38,947 nucleotides of DNA, taken from Candidatus Niyogibacteria bacterium (lineage in GTDB: Bacteria; Patescibacteriota; Minisyncoccia; HO2-45-28). The notes beneath the pieces are model-generated. The model did not search any database and had not been told where the DNA came from. It saw nothing but the letters and a program-made list of their open reading frames with translations. Location of the stretch: positions 347,762-386,708 of the forward strand of contig CP066691.1 in the NCBI GenBank assembly GCA_016432485.1, written 5' to 3'. The position numbers were made by a program, and so were the translations under genes. Positions 1 to 7,737 of this stretch are shown in pieces (the stretch's first letter is position 1; each line of letters begins with the position of its first letter).

Positions 1-381
1 GACTTGCGCCCGCGATTCCGGCGACTCGCCTGGTTCGATTGGCCTCATAAGTTCCGACAGGTTGACAACTGGCCGAATCTTGCCGAGATAAACCTCACGG
101 TAAATCCTGGCATGGAAAACAGGTTCTTCGCCTTCGGCGCGCTTCACGCTAAGGTTCTTGAGTGGCGTCCCGTAGCCACCATGGGCGACGAAATCGTCCA
201 CCGGAAGTGTACGGTAGCCACGCTTGGCATATTCGGCTTCCAGCTTCTCCCACTTGGCAAGCATGCTATCAAAACCGATGCACTCGCCCATGTAGATGTA
301 GCTCACCGCATGACCGAAAATCCGACCAGCTTCAGCGTAGCGCTTCTCGACCCGCTTATCAGTCATGAATCTTTCGAACAT
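1..381 (-). CDS. Hypothetical protein, 3'-truncated by the window edge (MFERFMTDKRVEKRYAEAGRIFGHAVSYIYMGECIGFDSMLAKWEKLEAEYAKRGY...)
   Basis: Manual translation: ATG at 381 with an AGGAGG SD at 388-393. The frame is open for 127 codons to position 1. It is absent from the ORF track because it has no stop in the window. Confidence 0.8.
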   Translation of the reverse strand, partial: MFERFMTDKRVEKRYAEAGRIFGHAVSYIYMGECIGFDSMLAKWEKLEAEYAKRGYRTLPVDDFVAHGGYGTPLKNLSVKRAEGEEPVFHARIYREVYLGKIRPVVNLSELMRPIEPGESPESRAQV

Positions 382-463
382 TGTTGGCCTCCTTTTTTTG
401 AAGAGCTTTTACTAAAATTCCTATGATGAATCTAGCACAAACCCAGGGAAATTACAATAACGA

Positions 464-491
464 AAACAGAAACCATTTCGAGTTTCTGTTT
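464..491 (-). terminator. Hairpin (AAACAGAAAC/GTTTCTGTTT), possible terminator downstream of the CYTH gene
   Basis: 10-bp perfect inverted repeat with an 8-nt loop, 35 nt past the stop of 526..1056. Confidence 0.4.
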
Positions 492-525
492 CAAAAAGTT
501 AACATGAAAAAATTTCTTTTCGTGC

Positions 526-1056
526 TCATTTTTCTGTTTTTTCGAGTAGCAAATCGCTATAAGAAACTGAAATAAGATCGGATTCGGAAATTTCAAATGA
601 TTTTAGATATTCATTACACTGTTGGAGCAGTTTTTCTTTTCCGATATCCCCACTGTCATCAATTGCTTCAATCTCCATAAATGTGCCGAGGTCTTGAACC
701 GTATCAATATGAAATTTCACATTATCAATAAAATAAATTTCCCTTTTCTTGTCTACAACCGTCAATACACCATTAGAATTAACCAATATAGATTTAAGTG
801 AGCTTTCTGGGAATGTTTTGAAAAGGATGATGTCTGATTGTTTGGGACCTTCTTTATTCTCTCGTTCATAATAGATCAAGAAGTTTTCTATCTTTCCCTC
901 ACGTAGTTTCAGCCTGCCATGATTAACTTTGAAATAAGTATCGACTTGATGGTCAGTTCCCTTAAAATCAGCATTGTGAGATTTCAAGAATTTTCGAATT
1001 TCTTCGTGGTTATTGCACTTTGCTTTTATCTCGATATTTATATGCTTCATATGCAT
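526..1056 (-). CDS. CYTH-domain protein, class IV adenylate cyclase (CyaB)-like / triphosphate tunnel metalloenzyme
   Basis: Motifs NIEIKAK (ExExK-like), QVDTYF, RLKLRE, KKREIY, HIDTVQDLGTFMEIEA and the C-terminal SYSDLL. The start may be the second Met (1050). Confidence 0.88.
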   Translation of the reverse strand: MHMKHINIEIKAKCNNHEEIRKFLKSHNADFKGTDHQVDTYFKVNHGRLKLREGKIENFLIYYERENKEGPKQSDIILFKTFPESSLKSILVNSNGVLTVVDKKREIYFIDNVKFHIDTVQDLGTFMEIEAIDDSGDIGKEKLLQQCNEYLKSFEISESDLISVSYSDLLLEKTEK

Positions 1057-1202
1057 GTGGGTCTATTCGATAATTAGTTTTCTGGCGGCGTGGGTCGGTC
1101 TAGAACCAACCGATATGAGATATCTTAAGGCTTTTTCGCGCTCTTTTCCAGTGGGCGTTTTGATGGGGGTCGGTCAAGGGTTGTTTGTTTGAGACGTATT
1201 TT

Positions 1203-1943
1203 CTAAAAAGAGTAGAATTGTTCTGTTTTTTGATTACAAGTCCCATCTTCATTCATATAAGAACTCTTTTCATCATAATAACTAGAAAGCCTTTTGACTA
1301 TCTCATTAAATCTGTATGATCCTTTTTCGAGCAATGCGTTTCTTAATTGAGATTCTTCTAAGTATGGGAAGGGATGAATTTGAACAAACTCTCCATCGAA
1401 GCTCCTTAATAATATCAAATTGTAGCTTGTCTTAATCTCTGGATTACCGCGTACTATGTATCTTATTTTTATTCCTATTGGAAATCCTTCTAGTGTTTTA
1501 CTTACTTCTAAGCCAAATTGATTTAAAACAATACACTCTAAATAGCCAACAAGATCCCCTTCTATGAGGTTGCCAAATTTTTCATGAAAACCACCTAGAG
1601 ACAAAAAAAATACTTTTTCAATAATATCTTCTTTCATCGATAGATTGTTCTTGGTAAGAGCAACTAGTGGTGTTGCTGTTGATGACGGAAGAATCCAATC
1701 TATTGTTACAGGAGAAAAATCATCGCCGGAATCTATGCTTATTGTTCCGCTATTTTGATCATAAATATATTTGAATAACGGACTTGTTCTTTGTCTTATA
1801 TCTTCGTTGCGTAAAGACGCGCTGAAAGAAATTCCCAAATAAAAAATAGCGATAGCAATAATGATATTGGTTAAGATGATAACCCATTGCTCCTTCATTT
1901 GTTTTTTAAAACTTGACCAAATTGCTATTAAAAAATTTTTCAT
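1203..1943 (-). CDS. Hypothetical protein with a single N-terminal TM helix
   Basis: 246-aa ORF, AT-rich, with hydrophobic segment WVIILTNIIIAIAIFYLGISFSA. Its start overlaps the upstream stop by 4 nt. Confidence 0.75.
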   Translation of the reverse strand: MKNFLIAIWSSFKKQMKEQWVIILTNIIIAIAIFYLGISFSASLRNEDIRQRTSPLFKYIYDQNSGTISIDSGDDFSPVTIDWILPSSTATPLVALTKNNLSMKEDIIEKVFFLSLGGFHEKFGNLIEGDLVGYLECIVLNQFGLEVSKTLEGFPIGIKIRYIVRGNPEIKTSYNLILLRSFDGEFVQIHPFPYLEESQLRNALLEKGSYRFNEIVKRLSSYYDEKSSYMNEDGTCNQKTEQFYSF

Positions 1944-2683
1944 GGTTTAAATTTTCTTAATGGTGCCCGGCTTCTCGAATGGACGCTTGATCGTACGAGT
2001 GACTTAAATTTATCAATAAACTCCTGTTTAAACATAATATGGTTAACCCCGTCCTCTTTTTTCTCCTCTATATAATTTGGAAGGGGCTGGGGCTTATGAA
2101 TACCGGGTTCGTCTGTGGCAGCTGTAATTCGTAGTCCGGGCAACGGCCTAATTCTCTGAGCAACTGCCGCTCCTACCTCCCGTCCTCCCTTTTTAAATCG
2201 CAAATGTATTGTCCATATACTTATAAATGGATTTTCGGTCTTCAGATATTCTCTCAAAAGCGAAATCCACTCCTCGCTTTTTTCGTGGTTTACGAACACC
2301 AGCAAGCTAAACTTAACAGGTTTGGTACCATATTGACTCTGCTTCTTTTTCACAACCTCTGTAAATTCATCGAACGATTTGAAATGTGGATATACTCCGG
2401 TCAATTCTACGGGCTCCATGCGTAATTTTTCAGGAGTTTCGCCAAATGAAAAAAAATCAAAGTCTGGATAAGCTCTTTCTGCTTGGTCATACTGTGCAAG
2501 CCACCAATCTTTCCCGGTATATTTTTTCATCGCCAGTACAAAAAAATAGGCCGCAAATCCTTCCCGGGCTTTCTTTACCTCTTCTTCTGAACTGCTAAAG
2601 AATTTTTCTGGGCCGACTTTCTTTAAGATTTTTTCTACTCGTTCAAAAAGAGTATGTGGATGTGCAAAAAATATTCCTTGCAT
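1940..2683 (-). CDS. Hypothetical protein, possible PD-(D/E)xK nuclease fold
   Basis: 247-aa ORF. The pattern E(helix)...PDFDF...VELT...KKK...Y...LLVFV resembles restriction-endonuclease-like cores. The fold call is inference. Confidence 0.6.
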   Translation of the reverse strand: MQGIFFAHPHTLFERVEKILKKVGPEKFFSSSEEEVKKAREGFAAYFFVLAMKKYTGKDWWLAQYDQAERAYPDFDFFSFGETPEKLRMEPVELTGVYPHFKSFDEFTEVVKKKQSQYGTKPVKFSLLVFVNHEKSEEWISLLREYLKTENPFISIWTIHLRFKKGGREVGAAVAQRIRPLPGLRITAATDEPGIHKPQPLPNYIEEKKEDGVNHIMFKQEFIDKFKSLVRSSVHSRSRAPLRKFKP

Positions 2684-2706
2684 ATATTTCTACTTAAAAC
2701 CTTTAC

Positions 2707-2801
2707 TTGAGCGCCCGGTCTCTCCCGCCTTCACTAAAGCTGCCTCCTTCGCCGAAGTGGCTACGAAGGCCGAGTCGGCGGGCAAGCGAACGGGCGCTCA
2801 A
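2707..2801. repeat. Nested palindromic REP-like element
   Basis: Three nested inverted repeats: TTGAGCGCCCG/CGGGCGCTCAA, CCCGCC/GGCGGG and CCTTCG/CGAAGG. Confidence 0.75.
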
Positions 2802-2811
2802 TCCTATGTAA

Positions 2812-3063
2812 TTACAAAAAATAATTCTTTAGCATTTTATTGATTGTTCTTCGTCCCCAGCCGCTCTTTAAATATTCTTCGCGCGATTTGGCATCTTTCA
2901 TGTTTACAAACGCTTCGTAGTATATAAGCTCGTAGGGGCGAAATGGTCTCGTGGCCTGACTCTTGCCACTATTATGTTCAGTAAGCCTCTTTTCAATGTC
3001 GGTAGTATATCCAATATATAAACTTTGATTTTTCTTGCTCTGTAGAATGTAAACGTAATACAT
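2812..3063 (-). CDS. Small stand-alone GIY-YIG nuclease family protein
   Basis: YYVYIL...LYIGYT..IEKRL.EHN.G....T...RP..LIYYE......A..RE..LK signature, 83 aa. Confidence 0.92.
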   Translation of the reverse strand: MYYVYILQSKKNQSLYIGYTTDIEKRLTEHNSGKSQATRPFRPYELIYYEAFVNMKDAKSREEYLKSGWGRRTINKMLKNYFL

Positions 3064-3144
3064 ATTTTATGGATGGCGTCGCGTAATAAATCAAAGATTT
3101 ACACGCGACAGCCACGTAAAAATTTTCGCAGAAAATTTTGTACG

Positions 3145-3232
3145 TGGCGGAGGCGGTGAGATTCGAACTCACGATGGGTTGCCCCATACCTGCTCTCCAA
3201 GCAGGCGCACTAGGCCGCTATGCGACGCCTCC
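3145..3232 (-). tRNA. tRNA-Ser(GGA), CCA encoded
   Basis: Acceptor stem GGAGGCG/CGCCTCC, anticodon arm CCTGC-TTGGAGA-GCAGG, long variable arm, T loop TTCGAAT, discriminator G followed by CCA. Confidence 0.96.
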
Positions 3233-3242
3233 TTTTTACATT

Positions 3243-3608
3243 TTATCTATTATTTTCTTGCCCTTCGCCCTCTTCGTTTTGAGATCTAATTTTCTCAATT
3301 TGTTTTCGGAGATTCTCCTTGTTCATCTCATTCCCGAGATATTCGGCAAACGGACTTCTCTGCGGGTCCTTCGCCGCTTCCTTGGCGTACGCAAAAAATT
3401 CGTAGGTCGTAAGCGTGCCTTCTTGAAATCTCCGCCACATTTCCACATCTTTTTGCGTTAATTTCTCGGGATCAAACGCATTATCTATAAAGTTGGCGGT
3501 ATTCAATTCTCTCGATTCTTCTTTCCTCTGGACCTCGCGTGCGTGTTCTTTCAGCTGCGCCAATTCCTCCTCTGGTGAAAACTGTTCTTCTAATTTTTCA
3601 AAACTCAT
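3243..3608 (-). CDS. Hypothetical acidic/helical protein, coupled to htpX
   Basis: 121-aa ORF whose ATG overlaps the htpX stop by 4 nt. Confidence 0.7.
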   Translation of the reverse strand: MSFEKLEEQFSPEEELAQLKEHAREVQRKEESRELNTANFIDNAFDPEKLTQKDVEMWRRFQEGTLTTYEFFAYAKEAAKDPQRSPFAEYLGNEMNKENLRKQIEKIRSQNEEGEGQENNR

Positions 3609-4507
3609 ATGTTTATTCCTCTTAATCTGGCAACTCTCTCTTCCGTCGGGGGGTGGGTCATAAATAATTTCGCAACCACATTATGCTTTTTACCATGCGG
3701 GTCGGAAATCCACAAATGGGCCGTGGCGTTATTAGCTGAACGCATCGGACGGGAATAGGCCGAAATTTTTTCAAGAGCTTTCGCGAGCCCCTCCGGATAG
3801 CGCGTAAGCATGGCGCCCGAAGCGTCTGCCAAAAACTCACGCTTACGGGAAATAGCAAGCTGAATCAGCATAGCTGAAAGCGGCGCCAAAATGGAAAAAA
3901 TAATTCCTATCAAAATCATCGCCGTGCCTCCTCCGCCGCGCCTGTCCTGATCTCCAAACATGCCCCTAAACCAAAGCGAGCGCATGAAAAAATCAGAAAG
4001 AAGAGCCACGAAACCCACAAGAACCACGACAACGGTTGATAAAAGCATATCGCGATTGCCGATATGCGAAAGTTCGTGCGAGATAACTCCTTCCAGCTCC
4101 GTGCGGTCAAGCCGTTCCAAAAGCCCCGTAGTTACGGCCACAACGGCATGCTTTGGATCGCGCCCCGTGGCAAAAGCATTGGGGGAAGGGTCGCGCACTA
4201 AATAAATTTTGGGGGTCGGAAGACCCGCGGTAATCGCCAGATTTTCAACGACATTGTAGAGTTCGGGCGCCTTGCTTTTTTCAACAGGTTCGGCCCGGCT
4301 CATTTTGAGTACCAGTTTGTCGGAATACCAGTAGGCCAGAACATTCATCACGATGCTGAACACTACAGCAACAATCAAAATGACATTACTTCCATATACC
4401 TGCGAGAAAATCCATCCGACGCCAATTACAAAAACCAAAAATCCGGCAAACAAAATCCAGGTTTTGCGGATATTTGATTCGCGGTGTTTATATAAATTAA
4501 CGGCCAT
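3605..4507 (-). CDS. htpX: Zinc metalloprotease HtpX (M48)
   Basis: PNAFATG, HELSH (HExxH), SRKREFLADA, FMTHPP and TM helices. Confidence 0.96.
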   Translation of the reverse strand: MAVNLYKHRESNIRKTWILFAGFLVFVIGVGWIFSQVYGSNVILIVAVVFSIVMNVLAYWYSDKLVLKMSRAEPVEKSKAPELYNVVENLAITAGLPTPKIYLVRDPSPNAFATGRDPKHAVVAVTTGLLERLDRTELEGVISHELSHIGNRDMLLSTVVVVLVGFVALLSDFFMRSLWFRGMFGDQDRRGGGGTAMILIGIIFSILAPLSAMLIQLAISRKREFLADASGAMLTRYPEGLAKALEKISAYSRPMRSANNATAHLWISDPHGKKHNVVAKLFMTHPPTEERVARLRGINI

Positions 4508-4638
4508 ACACTGATTTTACAAAATTTGCTGCAAAATAAAAGGGCAGACCTTCATCTGTCCTTCTCGTTTTGTTTTGTTCTTGCTTTGATTTTTTAAGCG
4601 GGGTTAATCTGGCAACAGGCTAGCGAGATTTTCCGCCT

Positions 4639-5151
4639 CTAAACTTTTCTTTTATGATCCGTTGCTTCAGTTAGCTTGAAAAACCACGGAACCACGATAC
4701 CCTCGTCAATAAAATGCAATATAAATCCGGCAAGCAGTGCGTTGGGCCAAAAACTTACAAATCCCAAAGACGGAAAAAGCAATGTCCACAACATCAACGC
4801 CCCGGCGTTCAAAAAGGGAGCTAGGGCCAAATAAAAGTTTTTTGTCAGTTGACGAGAAACATTGTGAGTTAGACCTTTATTCCTAAGTATCCCAACAATA
4901 TAGCCACCGAGAATCTCCAACAAGAAAACCCCTATAACAACGGCGCTAATCAAGACGATAAGCAGCGCTTGGAGAAAGTTTACAGCAGAATTGATATCGG
5001 GAAAAAGAGGGAATATAAACTTTACGACAATAGCATCCAAAAGGACGACGCTGAAAAACGCAGGAAGGTAGTATTTTCTCGAGCCGGGCATGACAAATAG
5101 AACTGCCCAAAAAAAAATGACAGCGACCATAAAAACCACAACAAGAATCAT
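4639..5151 (-). CDS. Hypothetical polytopic membrane protein
   Basis: 170 aa with about 5 hydrophobic helices; GGAGG SD upstream of the ATG. Confidence 0.75.
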   Translation of the reverse strand: MILVVVFMVAVIFFWAVLFVMPGSRKYYLPAFFSVVLLDAIVVKFIFPLFPDINSAVNFLQALLIVLISAVVIGVFLLEILGGYIVGILRNKGLTHNVSRQLTKNFYLALAPFLNAGALMLWTLLFPSLGFVSFWPNALLAGFILHFIDEGIVVPWFFKLTEATDHKRKV

Positions 5152-5196
5152 AGTTATCCCTCCGATTTATCAATGAAACCCATGTAAAGAATACCA

Positions 5197-5286
5197 AAAA
5201 CCGGCGCAAAAGAAAAGAGGGAGTCGAGGAAAGGGTTTTGGTAAACCTAAAATATAACAAACCTTGACGGCCGTTAAGGTTTGTTA
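5197..5286 (-). promoter_or_regulatory. Copy A of a repeated promoter/operator-like element
   Basis: 32-bp near-perfect palindrome TAACAAACCTT-GACGGCCGTT-AAGGTTTGTTA (5255-5286) plus the block AAAACCGGCGCAAAAGAAAAGA (5197-5218). On the minus strand it reads TGtTATATT (extended -10-like). Confidence 0.6.
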
Positions 5287-5350
5287 AGCAAGAAAAAAGG
5301 ATCTGCTTCATTTTTCAAATCTTTGTATATTTGTTAAGCAAAAAATGGAT

Positions 5351-5375
5351 AAAAAAAGCCGCGTCTGACGCGGCT
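5351..5375 (-). terminator. Intrinsic terminator after the second CYTH gene
   Basis: AGCCGCGT/ACGCGGCT stem followed by T7 on the minus strand. Confidence 0.75.
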
Positions 5376-5388
5376 CTCGTGCAAAAAT

Positions 5389-6105
5389 TTATCTAAAAAT
5401 TTCGGCAATGCTTTTTTCGCAAAGTAAACCTCCGAGCTGAAGCTCTTTTTCATATTCGTCTATCGTCGCAACCGCTCTATCTATTTTATCGGAGTTCAGC
5501 GGTTCAACCTCAACAAAAACTTCCAGCCTTTCCGGCGGTGAAATGCGCGCGGTTCTGTAAACCACTACTTCCACCAAATTTCCCGCGGGACTTTTCGTAA
5601 TCCATATGTTTCCGCTTTGCTGAACAGTAAAAATTTTGCACGAATCGGCAAGCGCGGCGATAACCGCCAAAAACGCCCCTATTTTTTCCGGATCTTCGTA
5701 TTTTACGCTCAAATTCAATTCCCCTCTCACCATATTAGACCCTTTGTTTAATTGAAACTTTACCGTGAGCTGCGGAGAACGGTTAGCGCCGACTCTATAA
5801 CGAAATATAAACTCGTCGCCGCCTCGTTCCATAATGTAGTACTGATCAACGCCAACAAAAGGAGTAAATCTTTCAACAGTAATTCCGCAATGTTTTAAGC
5901 GCTCTCCAAATCGTGTAATAAAATCGGTAATAACCAAATCCGTATTTTCACCGTTGGGAGTAAGCCAATACTTACGTTCAATCTCCATCATTTTCCTCGG
6001 TAATTTTGAAAGATCAAAAATCTCATCTGCGCTGCCTTGAGCGCCGATAACTAAATCAAGAAGAGCCGAGGCCTCAGAAAGACCGATTTTGCCTTTTTCA
6101 GACAC
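5389..6105 (-). CDS. CYTH-like (triphosphate tunnel metalloenzyme) protein with an N-terminal extension
   Basis: EIERKY (ExExK), DQYY, FRYR, LTVK, R.E.N, EVE and terminal SIAEI motifs. Probable GTG start at 6105 with an AGGAG SD; the ORF extends to 6153. Confidence 0.78.
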   Translation of the reverse strand: MSEKGKIGLSEASALLDLVIGAQGSADEIFDLSKLPRKMMEIERKYWLTPNGENTDLVITDFITRFGERLKHCGITVERFTPFVGVDQYYIMERGGDEFIFRYRVGANRSPQLTVKFQLNKGSNMVRGELNLSVKYEDPEKIGAFLAVIAALADSCKIFTVQQSGNIWITKSPAGNLVEVVVYRTARISPPERLEVFVEVEPLNSDKIDRAVATIDEYEKELQLGGLLCEKSIAEIFR

Positions 6106-6190
6106 CAGCACTCTCCTCTTTAAGAGAAGCTGAAACCCAGATAAATTTATCACACAAAGTTTGGCAAATCAATGATTTATGCTTTAGATG

Positions 6191-6269
6191 AAAACCCGCG
6201 CAAAAGAAAAGAGACTTTTAACAAATCATAATGTATAACAAAAGCCGACGGCCGTTAGTTGGTGTTTAC
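6191..6269 (-). promoter_or_regulatory. Copy B of the repeated promoter/operator-like element
   Basis: 6233-6269 matches 8580-8616 at 36/37 nt. The block AAAACCCGCGCAAAAGAAAAGA lies at 6191-6212. Confidence 0.65.
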
Positions 6270-6281
6270 CTCAAGCGGAAT

Positions 6282-6306
6282 AAAAAAAGTCGCGTTAAGC
6301 GCGACT
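6282..6306 (-). terminator. Intrinsic terminator after the HD-hydrolase gene
   Basis: AGTCGCG/CGCGACT stem plus T7 on the minus strand. Homologous to the 5351-5375 terminator with a compensatory base change. Confidence 0.75.
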
Positions 6307-6921
6307 CTCGTGCAAATTAAATTCCGAAGCCAAACGCTCTACTTCATTTTTCAAATCTTTGCAGATGGGATGATTTCCTCCTATAGCTTCAGATGCAAGC
6401 GGAAGTAAGTATTCGCGTGTTTCAATGACATATTTTACCTTTCTTTCAACTGGCCATATCCCAAAAGTTCGCAAATTATCCAAGCGGTCGCAGCATTTAA
6501 TAACCGGGACAACCACATTTGGATGGATTTTTATATCTTCAAAATATTTCGCGGGATCTTTTTTAATTTTTCTGACTGAGCCGTCGTATTCATAAAAGGT
6601 TGTCTCTGTTTTTGAAAGAGCGCAAATCGCTTCTTCGACCCCTGCTCCAAATAATTGACGAACAACGACCAACGGAATAAAGCTGTCCTCAAGAGCGTCG
6701 TGTAAAAGGGCGATAATTACGGAGTCAGCATCGTAACACCCATGATCCATAGTAAGAAGGGCGACCCGTCTGCAATGCTCAAAATATCTTTCGCCTCCGT
6801 CTCTTTTTTGCGTTCTGTGCACTTCCTTTGCCAACCAATACGCATGCGCCACGCGCAAAACATCTTCCGGATCGCCATTAAGCTGACGAACAACTCTTCG
6901 AAAAAATTCCGTCCGGCTCAT
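6295..6921 (-). CDS. Stand-alone RelA/SpoT-type HD domain protein (small alarmone hydrolase/Mesh1-like)
   Basis: H..Q.R..GERYFEH...VA, LLHDALED and IKCCDRLDNLRT motifs; no synthetase domain. ATG at 6921 with a GGAG SD; the ORF track starts at 6933. Confidence 0.88.
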   Translation of the reverse strand: MSRTEFFRRVVRQLNGDPEDVLRVAHAYWLAKEVHRTQKRDGGERYFEHCRRVALLTMDHGCYDADSVIIALLHDALEDSFIPLVVVRQLFGAGVEEAICALSKTETTFYEYDGSVRKIKKDPAKYFEDIKIHPNVVVPVIKCCDRLDNLRTFGIWPVERKVKYVIETREYLLPLASEAIGGNHPICKDLKNEVERLASEFNLHESRA

Positions 6922-6952
6922 TTGGTTCTCCAAAAGTTAGGAAACTCTAAGG

Positions 6953-7351
6953 TCATTTTACTTCCAAGAAGCCGCTATCCACAAGGGTTTTGACTTCTTT
7001 TTTCTTTAAACATTTTTTACATATGCCGCCAGGGGGGTTCTCTCTATTTTCCGCATTATCTAGAGCTAAAAATCGCTTGAATCTGTTTTCTAGTTCTTCC
7101 ACTGTTAAGGATGTCCACGCCCAACCAAGTTTTTCTCGCCACCTGTCCGAAGGCCATTTCTCAGAGGGCCGTTTCTTCAACAACCGGCCGCCGAAAACCT
7201 TTTCATCTCTGGGAATAATTCTAAAAATCCAACCACTTCCCCAGAATCGATGATAATCGCCTTCTTTTTCGATCTCTACGTTTTGGGTGTGAATTATTTC
7301 ACCAATTTTACACAAAACACATCTATAGGCAACCTTCTCTTTTATTTTCAT
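6953..7351 (-). CDS. Hypothetical protein with two CxxC pairs (possible Zn ribbon)
   Basis: CVLC near the N terminus and CKKC near the C terminus; lies in an operon-like run with its neighbours. Confidence 0.65.
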   Translation of the reverse strand: MKIKEKVAYRCVLCKIGEIIHTQNVEIEKEGDYHRFWGSGWIFRIIPRDEKVFGGRLLKKRPSEKWPSDRWREKLGWAWTSLTVEELENRFKRFLALDNAENRENPPGGICKKCLKKKEVKTLVDSGFLEVK

Positions 7352-7362
7352 GACCCCTCCTT

Positions 7363-7566
7363 TTACCAGAAATCTGGCATTGGAGAGTCTGGATCCGTAT
7401 ACATCATTTCGATATTTCCGGACCGAAGTTTGAAAAAACGAACTACACTAGCCGCACCGCACCTATAAAATTTATTAAGAATTTTTTGCTCCGCCTCTGT
7501 TTCGGCTGTCAATATGATTGTTTCGTTCTCGCTGTCAGCCGGTTTTCCTCGAAACCCAACTTTCAT
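7363..7566 (-). CDS. Small hypothetical protein
   Basis: 67 aa with an AAGGAG SD; first gene of the minus-strand run divergent from TrmB. Confidence 0.65.
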   Translation of the reverse strand: MKVGFRGKPADSENETIILTAETEAEQKILNKFYRCGAASVVRFFKLRSGNIEMMYTDPDSPMPDFW

Positions 7567-7716
7567 GGTTGTGTCTCCTTTTCAAAGAACTTCGTCTGCG
7601 ATACGGCCTATCCGTATAGCAATTTAAAAATAACACCATATTAAAGACTGTACTTAAACTTCCGACAAATCCGGCCGAGCTGTTGATTTTTAAGTACATT
7701 TTTGCTAAGATAGTGT

Positions 7717-7734
7717 TGACGAAAATTTTCGTCA
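7717..7734 (+). promoter_or_regulatory. Perfect 18-bp palindrome TGACGAAAATTTTCGTCA, candidate TrmB operator
   Basis: Lies between a TTGATT-17-TGcTAAGAT promoter (7683-7711) and the ATG at 7738. Confidence 0.55.
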
Positions 7735-7737
7735 GTT

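Noticed and set aside
4-426. 140-aa plus-strand ORF (and 162..368)
   Set aside because: Shadow of the minus-strand gene 381..1, which has an AGGAGG SD and a more protein-like sequence.
1057-1202. Imperfect 14-bp direct repeat G(T/G)GGGTCGGTC(T/A)AG in the intergenic region
   Set aside because: Only two degenerate copies with no structure or function that can be supported.
3138-3461. Plus-strand 107-aa ORF and minus-strand 2993..3187 ORF
   Set aside because: They overlap tRNA-Ser and real genes; spurious.
3622-4616. 13-bp match TTAATCTGGCAAC between the htpX 3' end and 4604-4616
   Set aside because: Matches of this length are expected by chance in 39 kb.
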